Of a stretch of DNA of 60,517 bases, positions 8,513-18,092 are shown one piece after another (within the stretch, counting starts at the first letter, position 1; each line of letters begins with the position of its first letter). The notes beneath the pieces are model-generated. The model ran no database searches and was not told where the DNA came from. It saw only the letters and a list, made by a program, of their open reading frames with translations. The translations under genes and the position numbers were made by a program. Origin of the DNA: Eubacteriales bacterium (GTDB lineage Bacteria; Bacillota; Clostridia; Oscillospirales; QAKW01); the NCBI GenBank assembly GCA_045576575.1, contig JAZNGR010000130.1, positions 1 to 60,517 of the forward strand, written 5' to 3'.

Positions 8513-9541
8513 ATGAATATGGAATTTACAAGGAAACTGCCGATTCCCCAGGAGATCAAAAAGCAGTATCCTGTAACGGAAGAGATGCAAAAGATCAAAG
8601 CGGAAAGAGATGAAGAAATTCGCAAGGTATTTGCAGGTGAGAGTGATCGGTTGATTCTAGTGATCGGTCCTTGCTCGGCAGACAGCAAAGAATCGGTCTT
8701 GGATTATATTGGACGCCTACGCTCTTTAGAAGATAAAGTAAAGGATAAGATTCTGATTATCCCGCGTATTTATACCAATAAGCCTCGCACTACTGGAGAT
8801 GGATATAAGGGGATGCTTCATCAGCCTAATCCCAATGAAAAGCCCGATATGTTGAAAGGGATTGTTGCCATTCGAGATATCCATATCAGCGCGTTGAGAG
8901 ATTATCGGTTTTCTTGCGCCGATGAGATGCTGTATCCCGAAAACCATCGTTATCTCTCCGATCTGCTCTCATATGTGGCGATTGGTGCCCGCTCTGTAGA
9001 GGATCAGCAACATCGTTTGACCGCAAGCGGATTGGATATTCCCGTAGGGATGAAAAACCCCACAGGCGGCGATCTTTCGGTGATGATGAATGCGCTGACC
9101 GCTGCGCAACATTCTCATACCTTTATCTATCGCGGATGGGAGGTTATCAGCCAAGGAAATCCCTATGCCCATGCGATTTTGAGAGGTTATATTGACAGCA
9201 GCGGAAGATCCTTGCCGAACTATCACTATGAGGATCTGCGCCAACTGTATAATCTTTACGAAGAATCCGAACTGGTCAATCCGGGTGTCATTGTGGATAC
9301 CAACCATGCCAACTCCGGGAAACAGTATTTGGAGCAGGTGCGAATCGCTAAAGATGTGCTTCATAGTTGCCGTCAACATAGCGATATTCGCAAGTTAGTC
9401 AAAGGCTTGATGATTGAAAGTTATATTGAAGATGGTGCTCAAAAGATCGGTGAATATTGCTATGGAAAATCAATTACCGATCCTTGTCTTGGATGGGAAA
9501 AGACCGAACAATTAGTTTTGGAAATTGCTGAAAAATGGTAA
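8513..9541 (+). CDS. aroG: 3-deoxy-7-phosphoheptulonate (DAHP) synthase, AroF/G/H-like (class I alpha)
   Basis: 342 aa. LILVIGPCSADS, IPRIYTNKPRTT and GYKGML motifs. The alternative ATG at 8519 is also possible. Confidence 0.9.
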   Translation: MNMEFTRKLPIPQEIKKQYPVTEEMQKIKAERDEEIRKVFAGESDRLILVIGPCSADSKESVLDYIGRLRSLEDKVKDKILIIPRIYTNKPRTTGDGYKGMLHQPNPNEKPDMLKGIVAIRDIHISALRDYRFSCADEMLYPENHRYLSDLLSYVAIGARSVEDQQHRLTASGLDIPVGMKNPTGGDLSVMMNALTAAQHSHTFIYRGWEVISQGNPYAHAILRGYIDSSGRSLPNYHYEDLRQLYNLYEESELVNPGVIVDTNHANSGKQYLEQVRIAKDVLHSCRQHSDIRKLVKGLMIESYIEDGAQKIGEYCYGKSITDPCLGWEKTEQLVLEIAEKW

Positions 9542-9545
9542 AATA

Positions 9546-9580
9546 AAAAGAGCTGAAGATTTCTTCAGCTCTTTTACTTT
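9546..9580. terminator. Bidirectional hairpin terminator shared by the aro operon (+) and rnpB (-)
   Basis: AGAGCTGAAG / CTTCAGCTCT stem flanked by an A-run upstream and a T-run downstream. It sits between the aroG stop (9541) and the rnpB 3' end (about 9588). Confidence 0.75.
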
Positions 9581-9587
9581 TTTAGGG

Positions 9588-9918
9588 GAGTAGGCCTGTA
9601 AGCCGAGTTCTGTCGAGAACAGTCATCTATCTGGGACATCCGTTGCCGGATGCCTCAAGCCACGCTTTCGAGGTTCAAACAGGCGGATCACCCTCGCCTC
9701 TGTTGGTGTTGCATCAAATAGGGTTTACAGACCCCCTATGTCACCATAAGGGGTGGTGAGCTCTTACCTCGCCGTTCCATCCTTACCGATTAATCGGCGG
9801 TTTATTTCTGTTGCACTATCCCTGAAGTCGCCTTCGGTGGGCGTTACCCACTATCCTGATCCGTGATGCTCGGACTTTCCTCCATGGCCATAAGCCACGG
9901 CGACTGTTCAGCCTACTC
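9588..9918 (-). ncRNA. rnpB: RNase P RNA (bacterial type A-like)
   Basis: The reverse complement contains the universally conserved GGAGGAAAGTCCGAGC (P4 5' strand), GGGTAACGCCCA, AGTGCAACAGAAA and ACAGAACTCGGCTTACAG (P4 3' strand). Terminal P1 pairing is GAGTAGGC / GCCTACTC. Ends are accurate to within a few nt. Confidence 0.9.
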
Positions 9919-9961
9919 GCATTTAATATAGCATAGAATTTTAAAAAAGTAAATAAATATA

Positions 9962-9990
9962 TTGCTAAATTTATAATAAAATTATATAAT
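9962..9990 (+). promoter_or_regulatory. Sigma-A-type promoter candidate for murD
   Basis: TTGCTA, 17-nt spacer, TATAAT, in an AT-rich spacer about 60 nt upstream of the murD ATG. Confidence 0.45.
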
Positions 9991-10050
9991 AAAATTGTAT
10001 GTAAAAATTTAGCAACCTAAAAGCGCTATTGTTTTTTAGGAGGGAATAAA

Positions 10051-11430
10051 ATGAATCATTTAGATCGCTTTAAAAGGGATGTTTTCGGGAAAACGGTCGG
10101 TGTTGTGGGGATCGGCGTGTCCAATACTCCCATCATTACCATGCTGGCGGAAATGGGCGTGAAGGTGCTTGCTTTTGATAAGCGCGATGAGGATCAACTT
10201 GGTGATCCCGGAAAAGCACTGAAAGAATTAGGCGTCCAAATGATCTGCGGTCCTGATTACATGGATCATTTGGCGGGAGATTGGATCATAAAAACACCCG
10301 GAATGCGGTATGATCATCCCGCTCTTATAAAAGCAAAAGAACAGGGAAGTATAATTACCAGCGAAATGGAACTGTTTTTCGAGTATTGCCCGTGTCCGAT
10401 TGTGGCGGTAACCGGTAGTGATGGTAAAACAACAACTACCAGCCTAATTTTTGAAATGCTGCGGCGCACGGATCGTAAAGTTCATTTAGGGGGCAATATT
10501 GGTTATCCGCTCTTTTGTCGTTTGGCGCAGATCGGTTCCGAGGATTTTGTGGTAGCAGAGTTGTCCAGTTTTCAGCTTCATACCTTGCGAAAGAGTCCTC
10601 ATATCAGTATTGTAACCAATCTTTCGCCCAATCATTTGGATGTGCATAAGGACATGGAGGAATATACTGAGGCCAAGGCAAATATTTTCCGTTATCAGTC
10701 GGCGGGAGATCTTTTGGTGCTGAATGCGGATAATTCTGTTACAGCCGGCTTTAAACCTCAAGCCAAAGGGAAAACAAGATTGTTTTCCTTCCATTCTGAT
10801 CCCGGCGGCGAATGTGCATTTTATAAAGACGACGCCCTTTATCTTCGCGATAATATGGGGGTCCTTCATAAGCTGATGGACCGTGCGGACCTTTTGTTGC
10901 GGGGAAATCATAATGTGGAGAATTTCATGGCAGCTGTCTTGGCAATTTGGGATCTTTGTCCGCTTGAAGTAATCGTTGATGTTGCTAAAAACTTTGGCGG
11001 TGTTCGCCATCGGATGGAGTTTGTTCGGGAGATCAACGGAGTGCGCTTTTATAATGACTCCATTGGTTCTTCTCCCACTCGCACCATTGCTACGCTTCAT
11101 AGTTTTGATCGAAAAGTCCGGTTAATCGCCGGCGGCTATGATAAAAAGATTCCGTATGATACGCTGGGTCCTGTGGTTTCCGAACGCGTGAAGAAATTGT
11201 ATCTTTGCGGTGCAACTGCAGAGAAGATTCGCGATGCGGTGCGTGCTTGCGATGGTGAGATGCCCATCGACCTTTATCTGGATTTGAAAACAACAATTGA
11301 AACGGCATATCAAGAATCCGAAGCGGGAGATATTGTTTTACTTTCGCCTGCATCGGCAAGTTTTGACCAATTTAAAAACTTTGAAGAACGGGGCGATTAT
11401 TTTGTTTCCGTTGTGAAGGAATTGAAATGA
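10051..11430 (+). CDS. murD: UDP-N-acetylmuramoyl-L-alanine--D-glutamate ligase
   Basis: 459 aa. N-terminal Rossmann GVVGIGVSN, Mur-ligase P-loop VTGSDGKTTTT, and NLSPNHLDVH. Confidence 0.93.
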   Translation: MNHLDRFKRDVFGKTVGVVGIGVSNTPIITMLAEMGVKVLAFDKRDEDQLGDPGKALKELGVQMICGPDYMDHLAGDWIIKTPGMRYDHPALIKAKEQGSIITSEMELFFEYCPCPIVAVTGSDGKTTTTSLIFEMLRRTDRKVHLGGNIGYPLFCRLAQIGSEDFVVAELSSFQLHTLRKSPHISIVTNLSPNHLDVHKDMEEYTEAKANIFRYQSAGDLLVLNADNSVTAGFKPQAKGKTRLFSFHSDPGGECAFYKDDALYLRDNMGVLHKLMDRADLLLRGNHNVENFMAAVLAIWDLCPLEVIVDVAKNFGGVRHRMEFVREINGVRFYNDSIGSSPTRTIATLHSFDRKVRLIAGGYDKKIPYDTLGPVVSERVKKLYLCGATAEKIRDAVRACDGEMPIDLYLDLKTTIETAYQESEAGDIVLLSPASASFDQFKNFEERGDYFVSVVKELK

Positions 11431-12461
11431 AGAATCTTCAAAATTATCTTTTTGAATTATGCGGAGAGCATCTGCCGTCAGGCTTTGAAAACGCCGCTTC
11501 CGGCGTAAAGGATCTGCTTGCTCCTTTGGTGGATGAGTGCTATACCGATAAAGTTGGCAATGTGATTGGGCATCGTAGATCGGCATTACCCGGTGTAAAG
11601 AAGGTATTGCTGGATGCGCATCTGGATGAGATTGGTCTGATTGTGACCAAGATTGATGAAAATGGTTTTTTGCATTTTACCAATCTTGCAGGCTTTTCTG
11701 CCACTTGTCTTCCGGCTTCATTGGTGACGGTGAAGGGGAAACGTCCTTTGCCCGGAGTTGTGGCGACGCTTCCGCCTCATCTTTTGACCGCTGAAGAGCA
11801 AAAGAAACCGATCTCCATGAAAAAAATGGTGATTGATATCGGCTATTCCGCTGAACGTGCAAAAGAATTGGTGCAGGTGGGGGATCCCATTGTTTTACGT
11901 CAGAGTTGTGCGGATCTTTTGAATAATCGCGTTACTGGAAAAGCCTTGGATAATCGTGCCGGAGTGGCAGTTTTGCTGGATGCATTAAACACATTGCAAA
12001 AGATGCCCTTGCCGGTGGAGTTGTATGTTGCTTTTTCTTCCGGAGAAGAGTTTAGCGGATTTGGCGCCCGACATGCTGCATGGGCGGTGGAACCGGATGA
12101 GGCGCTGATCGTTGATGTAACGCACGGTGTTTCGGCGAATACACCGAAAACAAAAGCCTTTGAGTTGGGAAGCGGTGCTGCCATTGGTATCTCGCCGGTT
12201 TTGAACGGTAATGTTACGGCGCAATTACTTTCTTTGGCAGAGCAATATAAGATCCCGTTTACCCGCGAGGCTATGAGCGGTCGAACCGGAACCAACAGCG
12301 ACTATATTGCGGTTTCTAAAAATGGGGTGCGTGCCGGTTTGGTTTCTATTCCGTTGCGGTATATGCATAGTGGTTGTGAAGTGATTGATCTTTTGGACAT
12401 GAAGGCATGCTCAGAACTAATCAGCCGTTATATCCATCGTGGAGGTGCCAAATATGAATAA
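11427..12461 (+). CDS. M42 family (TET/FrvX/YsdC-like) aminopeptidase, paralog 1
   Basis: 344 aa. AHLDEIGL, ALDNRAG and RYMHS metal-ligand contexts. ATGA overlap with the murD stop. Confidence 0.88.
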   Translation: MKNLQNYLFELCGEHLPSGFENAASGVKDLLAPLVDECYTDKVGNVIGHRRSALPGVKKVLLDAHLDEIGLIVTKIDENGFLHFTNLAGFSATCLPASLVTVKGKRPLPGVVATLPPHLLTAEEQKKPISMKKMVIDIGYSAERAKELVQVGDPIVLRQSCADLLNNRVTGKALDNRAGVAVLLDALNTLQKMPLPVELYVAFSSGEEFSGFGARHAAWAVEPDEALIVDVTHGVSANTPKTKAFELGSGAAIGISPVLNGNVTAQLLSLAEQYKIPFTREAMSGRTGTNSDYIAVSKNGVRAGLVSIPLRYMHSGCEVIDLLDMKACSELISRYIHRGGAKYE

Positions 12462-13467
12462 GCAATTGAGTTATTTAACTTCCTTGTTCGGCGCTTCCGG
12501 AAGTGAGGGCGATGTGCGCCAAGCGGTGATCAATGAGGTGCGTGAGTATTGCGACAACATTGAAGTTGATGCACTCGGAAACGTAATTGCATTCAAGAAG
12601 GGAAGTATGGAAGCTCCTTTTACCATGATGCTTTCGGCGCATATGGATGAAGTGGCGCTGATGATCACTAATATTGATGATAACGGTTATTTAAAGTTTG
12701 ATTCGGTTGGCGGAATTGATCCGCGTATTTTGCCCGGAAAACATGTGGCAATCGGACGGCGAAAGTACCATGGTGTGATTGGTGTTCAAGCACCGCACTT
12801 GGTAAAGGCAGAAGATGAGGCAGCACCGAAAATGGAGGATTTATTCATTGATTTCGGCGCGAAAGATCGCCAAGACGCCGAGCAATTTGTAACGGTTGGT
12901 GATATGATCGGCTTTCAGACGGATTACCAGGAATTCGGCGAGAACCTGGTGCGCGCGAAGGCTTTGGATGATCGTGCAGGCTGTTATATTTTGATTGAGA
13001 TGCTGAAAAAGGATCTTCCTTTTGATGCTTATTTTGTGTTTACCGTTATGGAAGAGATTGGCTGTCTTGGGGCGGTTACAGCCGCCTATGGTGTGCGCCC
13101 CCAATATGCCTTGGTATTGGAAGGTACAACTGCCGGCGATATCCATACAGATAAAGAAAAATCAGAGGTTTGCAAAGTTGGATGCGGTCCTGTTGTTTCC
13201 TTTATGGACAACAGCAGTATTTTTGATCGTGCGCTTTACAAGCTTGCTTTGTCGGTTGCGGAAGAAAATGAGATTCCGGTGCAAACCAAGCAGGCGGTTG
13301 CCGGGGGGAATGAAAGCGGAACCATTCAGCGTTCTTGGGATGGCTGCAAAGTGTTGGCGCTGTCGGTTCCTTGTCGTTATATTCATTCTCCGGTCTGCGT
13401 TGCTTCTTTGGAAGATATCGAGAATACCGGCAAACTCGCTTTGGCAATTATGAATAATCTACTGTAG
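12454..13467 (+). CDS. M42 family aminopeptidase, paralog 2
   Basis: AHMDEVAL, ALDDRAGC, TVMEEIGCLGA and RYIHS. Start taken at the ATG at 12454 (MNKQLSY), which overlaps the upstream stop by 8 nt. Confidence 0.88.
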   Translation: MNKQLSYLTSLFGASGSEGDVRQAVINEVREYCDNIEVDALGNVIAFKKGSMEAPFTMMLSAHMDEVALMITNIDDNGYLKFDSVGGIDPRILPGKHVAIGRRKYHGVIGVQAPHLVKAEDEAAPKMEDLFIDFGAKDRQDAEQFVTVGDMIGFQTDYQEFGENLVRAKALDDRAGCYILIEMLKKDLPFDAYFVFTVMEEIGCLGAVTAAYGVRPQYALVLEGTTAGDIHTDKEKSEVCKVGCGPVVSFMDNSSIFDRALYKLALSVAEENEIPVQTKQAVAGGNESGTIQRSWDGCKVLALSVPCRYIHSPVCVASLEDIENTGKLALAIMNNLL

Positions 13468-13478
13468 GAGATAGATCA

Positions 13479-14453
13479 ATGATCGAAAAGATTCATGAAT
13501 TAGTTCAGAAAAAAGGCGTTTCCGGCAATGAAAAGACGGTTGCAGCCTATATTAAAAATCAAATCTTGCCCTATGCGGATAAAGTGTATGAAGATACCTT
13601 GGGTAATCTGGTCGCCGTCCGCAGGGGAGAGGGTCCGAAGGTTATGGTTATGGCCCATATGGATGAGATCGGCCTTGTGGCTACTTTTGTGGATGAGAAG
13701 GGTTTCATCCGCGTTTCTTCGGTGGGCTATGTGAACCCGAAGAATACCGTTGGAAGACCGGTGGTTTTTGAAAATGGGGTTAAAGGTGTTTTCGTTTGTG
13801 GAGATGAAGAGAAAAAAGATCTAAAATTATCCGATTGTTATGTGGATATTGGTGCGTCGGATCGGAATGAGGCGCTCAAACGCATCGAAATTGGCATGAC
13901 CGCATCTTTTTTGAGCGAGACCTTTGAAACCGGCAGTAGAATTGTTTCCAACGCTTTGGATAACCGTGTGGGTTGCTATTGCTTGATGGAAGCATTGCGA
14001 CGGCTCAAAGAGCCCAGTTGCGAGTTTTATGCCGTCTTTACGGTGCAGGAAGAAGTGGGGTTGCGCGGCGCAAAGGTTTCCGGATTCGAAATTGCGCCGG
14101 ACATTGCTTTGGCGGTGGATGTCACATTAAGTGGGGATCATCCGGATGCGGAACATACAGCGGCGGAACTTGGAAAAGGAACCGCGATTAAGATTCGTGA
14201 TCGCTCGGCGATCTGCTCCAAAGAGATAGTAGAGGATTTAGAGAATCTCGGAAAGCGGAAGGGAATTGATGTTCAGCGAGATGTTTTATCTGCCGGTGGC
14301 ACCGATATCGGAAGCGTGCAGTTGCTGGGTCAAGGCGTGCAGGTGGGCGGTTTGAGTATTCCCATACGTTATTGCCATTCTGCAGTGGAAATGGCGGATA
14401 AAAAGGACGTTGAAGCAACGATTGCCTTATTAGTAGCATACTTGGAAAAATAA
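13479..14453 (+). CDS. M42 family aminopeptidase, paralog 3
   Basis: 324 aa. AHMDEIGLV, ALDNRVGC, TVQEEVGLRGA and RYCHS. Confidence 0.88.
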   Translation: MIEKIHELVQKKGVSGNEKTVAAYIKNQILPYADKVYEDTLGNLVAVRRGEGPKVMVMAHMDEIGLVATFVDEKGFIRVSSVGYVNPKNTVGRPVVFENGVKGVFVCGDEEKKDLKLSDCYVDIGASDRNEALKRIEIGMTASFLSETFETGSRIVSNALDNRVGCYCLMEALRRLKEPSCEFYAVFTVQEEVGLRGAKVSGFEIAPDIALAVDVTLSGDHPDAEHTAAELGKGTAIKIRDRSAICSKEIVEDLENLGKRKGIDVQRDVLSAGGTDIGSVQLLGQGVQVGGLSIPIRYCHSAVEMADKKDVEATIALLVAYLEK

Positions 14454-14454
14454 G

Positions 14455-14483
14455 TTGCTTTTCAATTGATATTTTGATATAAT
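14455..14483 (+). promoter_or_regulatory. Sigma-A-type promoter candidate for smc
   Basis: TTGCTT, 17-nt spacer, TATAAT, about 35 nt upstream of the TTG start. Confidence 0.45.
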
Positions 14484-14517
14484 ATTTGATATTGTTTTAA
14501 TAAGAGGAAGTGAAACT

Positions 14518-17500
14518 TTGCGTTTAAAATGCTTAGACATACAAGGATTTAAATCCTTCCCCGATAAGATTAACATTGGGTTCGATAGCGGGATTACTGC
14601 GATTGTCGGACCGAACGGTTCCGGTAAGAGTAATGTTTCCGATGCAATCCGTTGGGTGCTGGGCGAGCAATCGAATAAAAGCCTTCGCAGTACGAAGATG
14701 GAAGATGTGATTTTCTCAGGTACTGCCAAACGTAAGCCTCAGGGATTTGCTGAAGTCAGCCTGACCATCGACAACAGTGACCATGCTTTGGATGTGGACT
14801 ACAACGAGGTTATGATCACTCGCCGCTATTATCGTAGTGGGGAAAGTGAATACTTTATCAATAAATCTCCCGCCAGACTTCGGGATATTCATGAACTTTT
14901 TATGGATACCGGCATCGGACGGGACGGTTATTCAATTATCGGACAAGGTACCATTGATCAGATCCTTTTGGGTAAAAGCGATGAACGTCGTTCCATGCTG
15001 GAGGAAGTGGCAGGAATCTCCAAGTTCCGATATCGCAAAAATGAAGCGGAGCGGAAACTTTCGGCAACGGAAGAAAATTTGGTTCGTTTGAATGACATTG
15101 TGGGCGAATTGGAAGAGCGCTTGCCCGGTTTGGAGCGGCAGGCGGAGAAAGCCCGCAAATACTTAACTATGTATGAAGAGAAGAAGGATCTTGAAATTTC
15201 TCTTTGGTTGGATGATTTGGACCAAATTAAAGAAAACGCCCGCAAGATTGATGAGCAATATAACATTGCAAAAGGGCACCTTTCTGATCTGACTTTGGAA
15301 GTGGACAATATTGAGCGTGAGATCAATCAGCTCTTTGAAGAAAATATTCAAATTACTACCGAGATTGATCAAATCCGTCAGCAACAAACTTCCTGGGAAG
15401 AGGAATTGGGTTCCATTTCCTCGCAAAAAGCTGTTTTAGAGAGCCAGGCGGAGTTTGAGCAGGGCGTTATCACTCGATTAGAGCAAGAATTGACCTCGGT
15501 GAGCAGTCGTCGAAAAGAGACGGAAGAGCGGATCGGTGAATTGCATAAAGAAATCGAGAACAAAACTGCCGAGATCACGGGGATTGATGAAAAAATCGCA
15601 GGGATCCTTAGTGAGATCCAGGAGATCACGGCAAAGAGTGAGGATCAGCAACGCAAAACCGGCGCTTTACAGCAAGAATTGCTGGAGAACAGTGGCGAGC
15701 GCAATCGTCTGCAGATGGAAATGATTTCTGTTCGTTCCGGAATCGAGTCTCATCAAGGGCGTATCGCTGATTTAGCTGCCGCTCGTGCAGGTCAGATGGA
15801 ACAGACCGCTCAGGTGGAGCGAGAACTGGGTGAATTGGATACTCAGCGCAAAGAAAAAGAAGAAGAAAGAATCGGCGAGCAAAACGCATTGGCGGGTCTT
15901 CGCAAAATGGTGGAGATTAAAAACCGCAACTATGATGAGGCTTTGGAAGCTGAGCAGAAATGCGCGTCAGAGTGTAACGCCCTGGAGCAGCGCAGCCATA
16001 TTCTTTCGGAAATGGAAAAGCATCTGGAGGGTTTTGGCGGTGCGGTAAAGGCTGTTTTAGAGCAGAGTCGCCGAGGGGTTCTTCAAGGAATTGTGGGACC
16101 GGTTTCCAAATTGATTAAAGTTGATGAGGAATATTTGGTTGCCATTGAGACCGCTTTGGGCGCTGCTATCCAAAATATTGTGACCAAAGACAGTGTTTCG
16201 GCAAAGAATGCCATGCTTTGGTTAAAGCGTCAAGGCGGTGGACGTGCAACCTTTTTGCCTTTGAATAGTTTGACGCCTAAGGGAATCAAAGAAGATTATT
16301 CTAAGAGCGCCGGCTTTATTGGGATCGCGGATCAATTGGTTGAGATTGATCCTGCTAATCGTAAGGCTATTGAGTTTTTGCTGGGCAGAACCTTGGTGTG
16401 CGAGACGATTGATCATGCAATTGCTTTGGCAAAAGCAATCCAAAACCGTTATAAGATTGTGACATTGGATGGTCAGGTCATTAATGCCGGAGGTTCCATG
16501 ACCGGCGGTAGTGCCGCCAAAAGCGGCGGTTTGCTTTCTCGCGGTCTGGAACTGGAACGCATCGAAAAAGAATTGGCTGAAAAGAAAAAACGGCATGAAG
16601 AATTGACAGCCAAACTGGATAGTGCCAGCCGCGAGAAAAATACTTTGGATGCGCGGTTGAACGGATCTGAGGATGCGATTCATGTTTTAGAAGAGGAATT
16701 GACTCGTATTGCAGGTATTTACGAGAGTAAAGAAGTGGTTCTAAATTCCTATCGTGAGTTGATCAACGGTTATGATCGGGAAACTGAAACTGTACAAGAG
16801 GCAATCAAAACTGCGGAGGAGCGGTGCGCCGCTTTACAGAAACAGATCAATGGTTTGGAAGAAAAAGCATCTGCTTTGCAGGAACAATTAACTTCTTTGC
16901 AGGGCTTGAGCTCCGGCGATCAGGAGCGGATGGAGACATTGAAACAAAACTCCGCTGCTTTTGAAATGGATAAGATGAGTCTCTTTAAGGAGATTGAAGG
17001 TGTCCGTACGTTGATTGGTCAGTTGGAGAATCAGTTGACGCTGATTGGGCAGGAAGCAGAAGAAAAGTCGGTTCAAATTGCTGAATCCAAGGAACGAATC
17101 GAACTGGCAAATACTTCTGCAAAAGAATTGGATGTGCAGGCGCAGGAACTGCGTTCTCGTCAAGCAAAAGGGGAGGAGCGCACACGAGCTCTTACTGAAC
17201 AGCGGCAAGAGCAGGAACGGCGTCAGACTCAATATCGTGCAGATCAGAAAGAAAAGAGCGCCGCCAAAGAAAAACTCATCGAAGAGGTTTCGCGCTTGGA
17301 TAATAAACTTTCCGGCGTTGCAGAGCAATCGGATCGTTTGATTGCGCAGTTGCTGGATATGTATGAATTGACGGTGACCGATGCCCGTGCAGTTGCGAAA
17401 CCGTTGGAAGATAAAGCAGAAGCGAAAAAGCGGGTTCATGCGCTCAAGGGTAGCATTAAGGCTTTAGGAAGTGTCAATGTGGAAGCCATTGAGGAGTACA

Positions 17501-18081
17501 ATATTGTTAAAGAGCGCTATGACTTCATGAACGGTCAGGTGCAGGATTTGATCCAATCCAAAAATGAATTGGAAAAGATCATTCGGGAATTGCTTTCTCA
17601 GATGAAGGATATCTTCAGCGAGAAGTTTGCACAATTGAACCATGAATTTCAGCAAGTTTTCACCGAACTGTTTGGAGGCGGTACTGCAAAATTAGTGCTC
17701 AGCGATCCTGAAGATGTTTTGAATTGTGATATTGATGTTAAAGCGGCTCCTCCCGGAAAGATTATCAAAAACTTGGTTTCTCTCTCCGGCGGTGAGCGCG
17801 CATTTACGGCAATCTGCTTATATTTTGCAATTCTGAAAGTACGTCCCACCCCATTCTGCGTGGTCGATGAGATCGAGGCGGCATTGGATGATGTGAACGT
17901 AACACGTTTTGCAAGTTACTTAAGACATTATTGTTCTACTACTCAGTTTGTTTGTATTACCCATCGTCGCGGTACCATGGAAGAGGCAGATGTTCTTTAT
18001 GGTGTTACCATGCCTGAACAGGGTATTTCCAAATTGTTGACCATCAATGTGAATGAGATCGCAGAACAATTAAAGATTTAA
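14518..18081 (+). CDS. smc: Chromosome segregation protein SMC
   Basis: 1187 aa. Walker A GPNGSGKSN, long coiled-coil arms rich in E/K/Q/L around a central hinge, signature LSGGER, Walker B CVVDEIEAALD. TTG start with an AGAGGAAG RBS. Confidence 0.95.
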   Translation: MRLKCLDIQGFKSFPDKINIGFDSGITAIVGPNGSGKSNVSDAIRWVLGEQSNKSLRSTKMEDVIFSGTAKRKPQGFAEVSLTIDNSDHALDVDYNEVMITRRYYRSGESEYFINKSPARLRDIHELFMDTGIGRDGYSIIGQGTIDQILLGKSDERRSMLEEVAGISKFRYRKNEAERKLSATEENLVRLNDIVGELEERLPGLERQAEKARKYLTMYEEKKDLEISLWLDDLDQIKENARKIDEQYNIAKGHLSDLTLEVDNIEREINQLFEENIQITTEIDQIRQQQTSWEEELGSISSQKAVLESQAEFEQGVITRLEQELTSVSSRRKETEERIGELHKEIENKTAEITGIDEKIAGILSEIQEITAKSEDQQRKTGALQQELLENSGERNRLQMEMISVRSGIESHQGRIADLAAARAGQMEQTAQVERELGELDTQRKEKEEERIGEQNALAGLRKMVEIKNRNYDEALEAEQKCASECNALEQRSHILSEMEKHLEGFGGAVKAVLEQSRRGVLQGIVGPVSKLIKVDEEYLVAIETALGAAIQNIVTKDSVSAKNAMLWLKRQGGGRATFLPLNSLTPKGIKEDYSKSAGFIGIADQLVEIDPANRKAIEFLLGRTLVCETIDHAIALAKAIQNRYKIVTLDGQVINAGGSMTGGSAAKSGGLLSRGLELERIEKELAEKKKRHEELTAKLDSASREKNTLDARLNGSEDAIHVLEEELTRIAGIYESKEVVLNSYRELINGYDRETETVQEAIKTAEERCAALQKQINGLEEKASALQEQLTSLQGLSSGDQERMETLKQNSAAFEMDKMSLFKEIEGVRTLIGQLENQLTLIGQEAEEKSVQIAESKERIELANTSAKELDVQAQELRSRQAKGEERTRALTEQRQEQERRQTQYRADQKEKSAAKEKLIEEVSRLDNKLSGVAEQSDRLIAQLLDMYELTVTDARAVAKPLEDKAEAKKRVHALKGSIKALGSVNVEAIEEYNIVKERYDFMNGQVQDLIQSKNELEKIIRELLSQMKDIFSEKFAQLNHEFQQVFTELFGGGTAKLVLSDPEDVLNCDIDVKAAPPGKIIKNLVSLSGGERAFTAICLYFAILKVRPTPFCVVDEIEAALDDVNVTRFASYLRHYCSTTQFVCITHRRGTMEEADVLYGVTMPEQGISKLLTINVNEIAEQLKI

Positions 18082-18092
18082 AGGATTTTAGA

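Noticed and set aside
8275-8688. A 137-aa minus-strand ORF bridging the tyrA/DAHP synthase junction.
   Set aside because: It overlaps two confident + strand genes and their 15-nt spacer. It has no RBS and no recognisable family.
14461-14500. A repeated TGATATT motif (three copies) upstream of smc as an operator site.
   Set aside because: The copies are short and AT-rich, overlap the -10 region, and have no dyad symmetry beyond chance. The evidence is insufficient.
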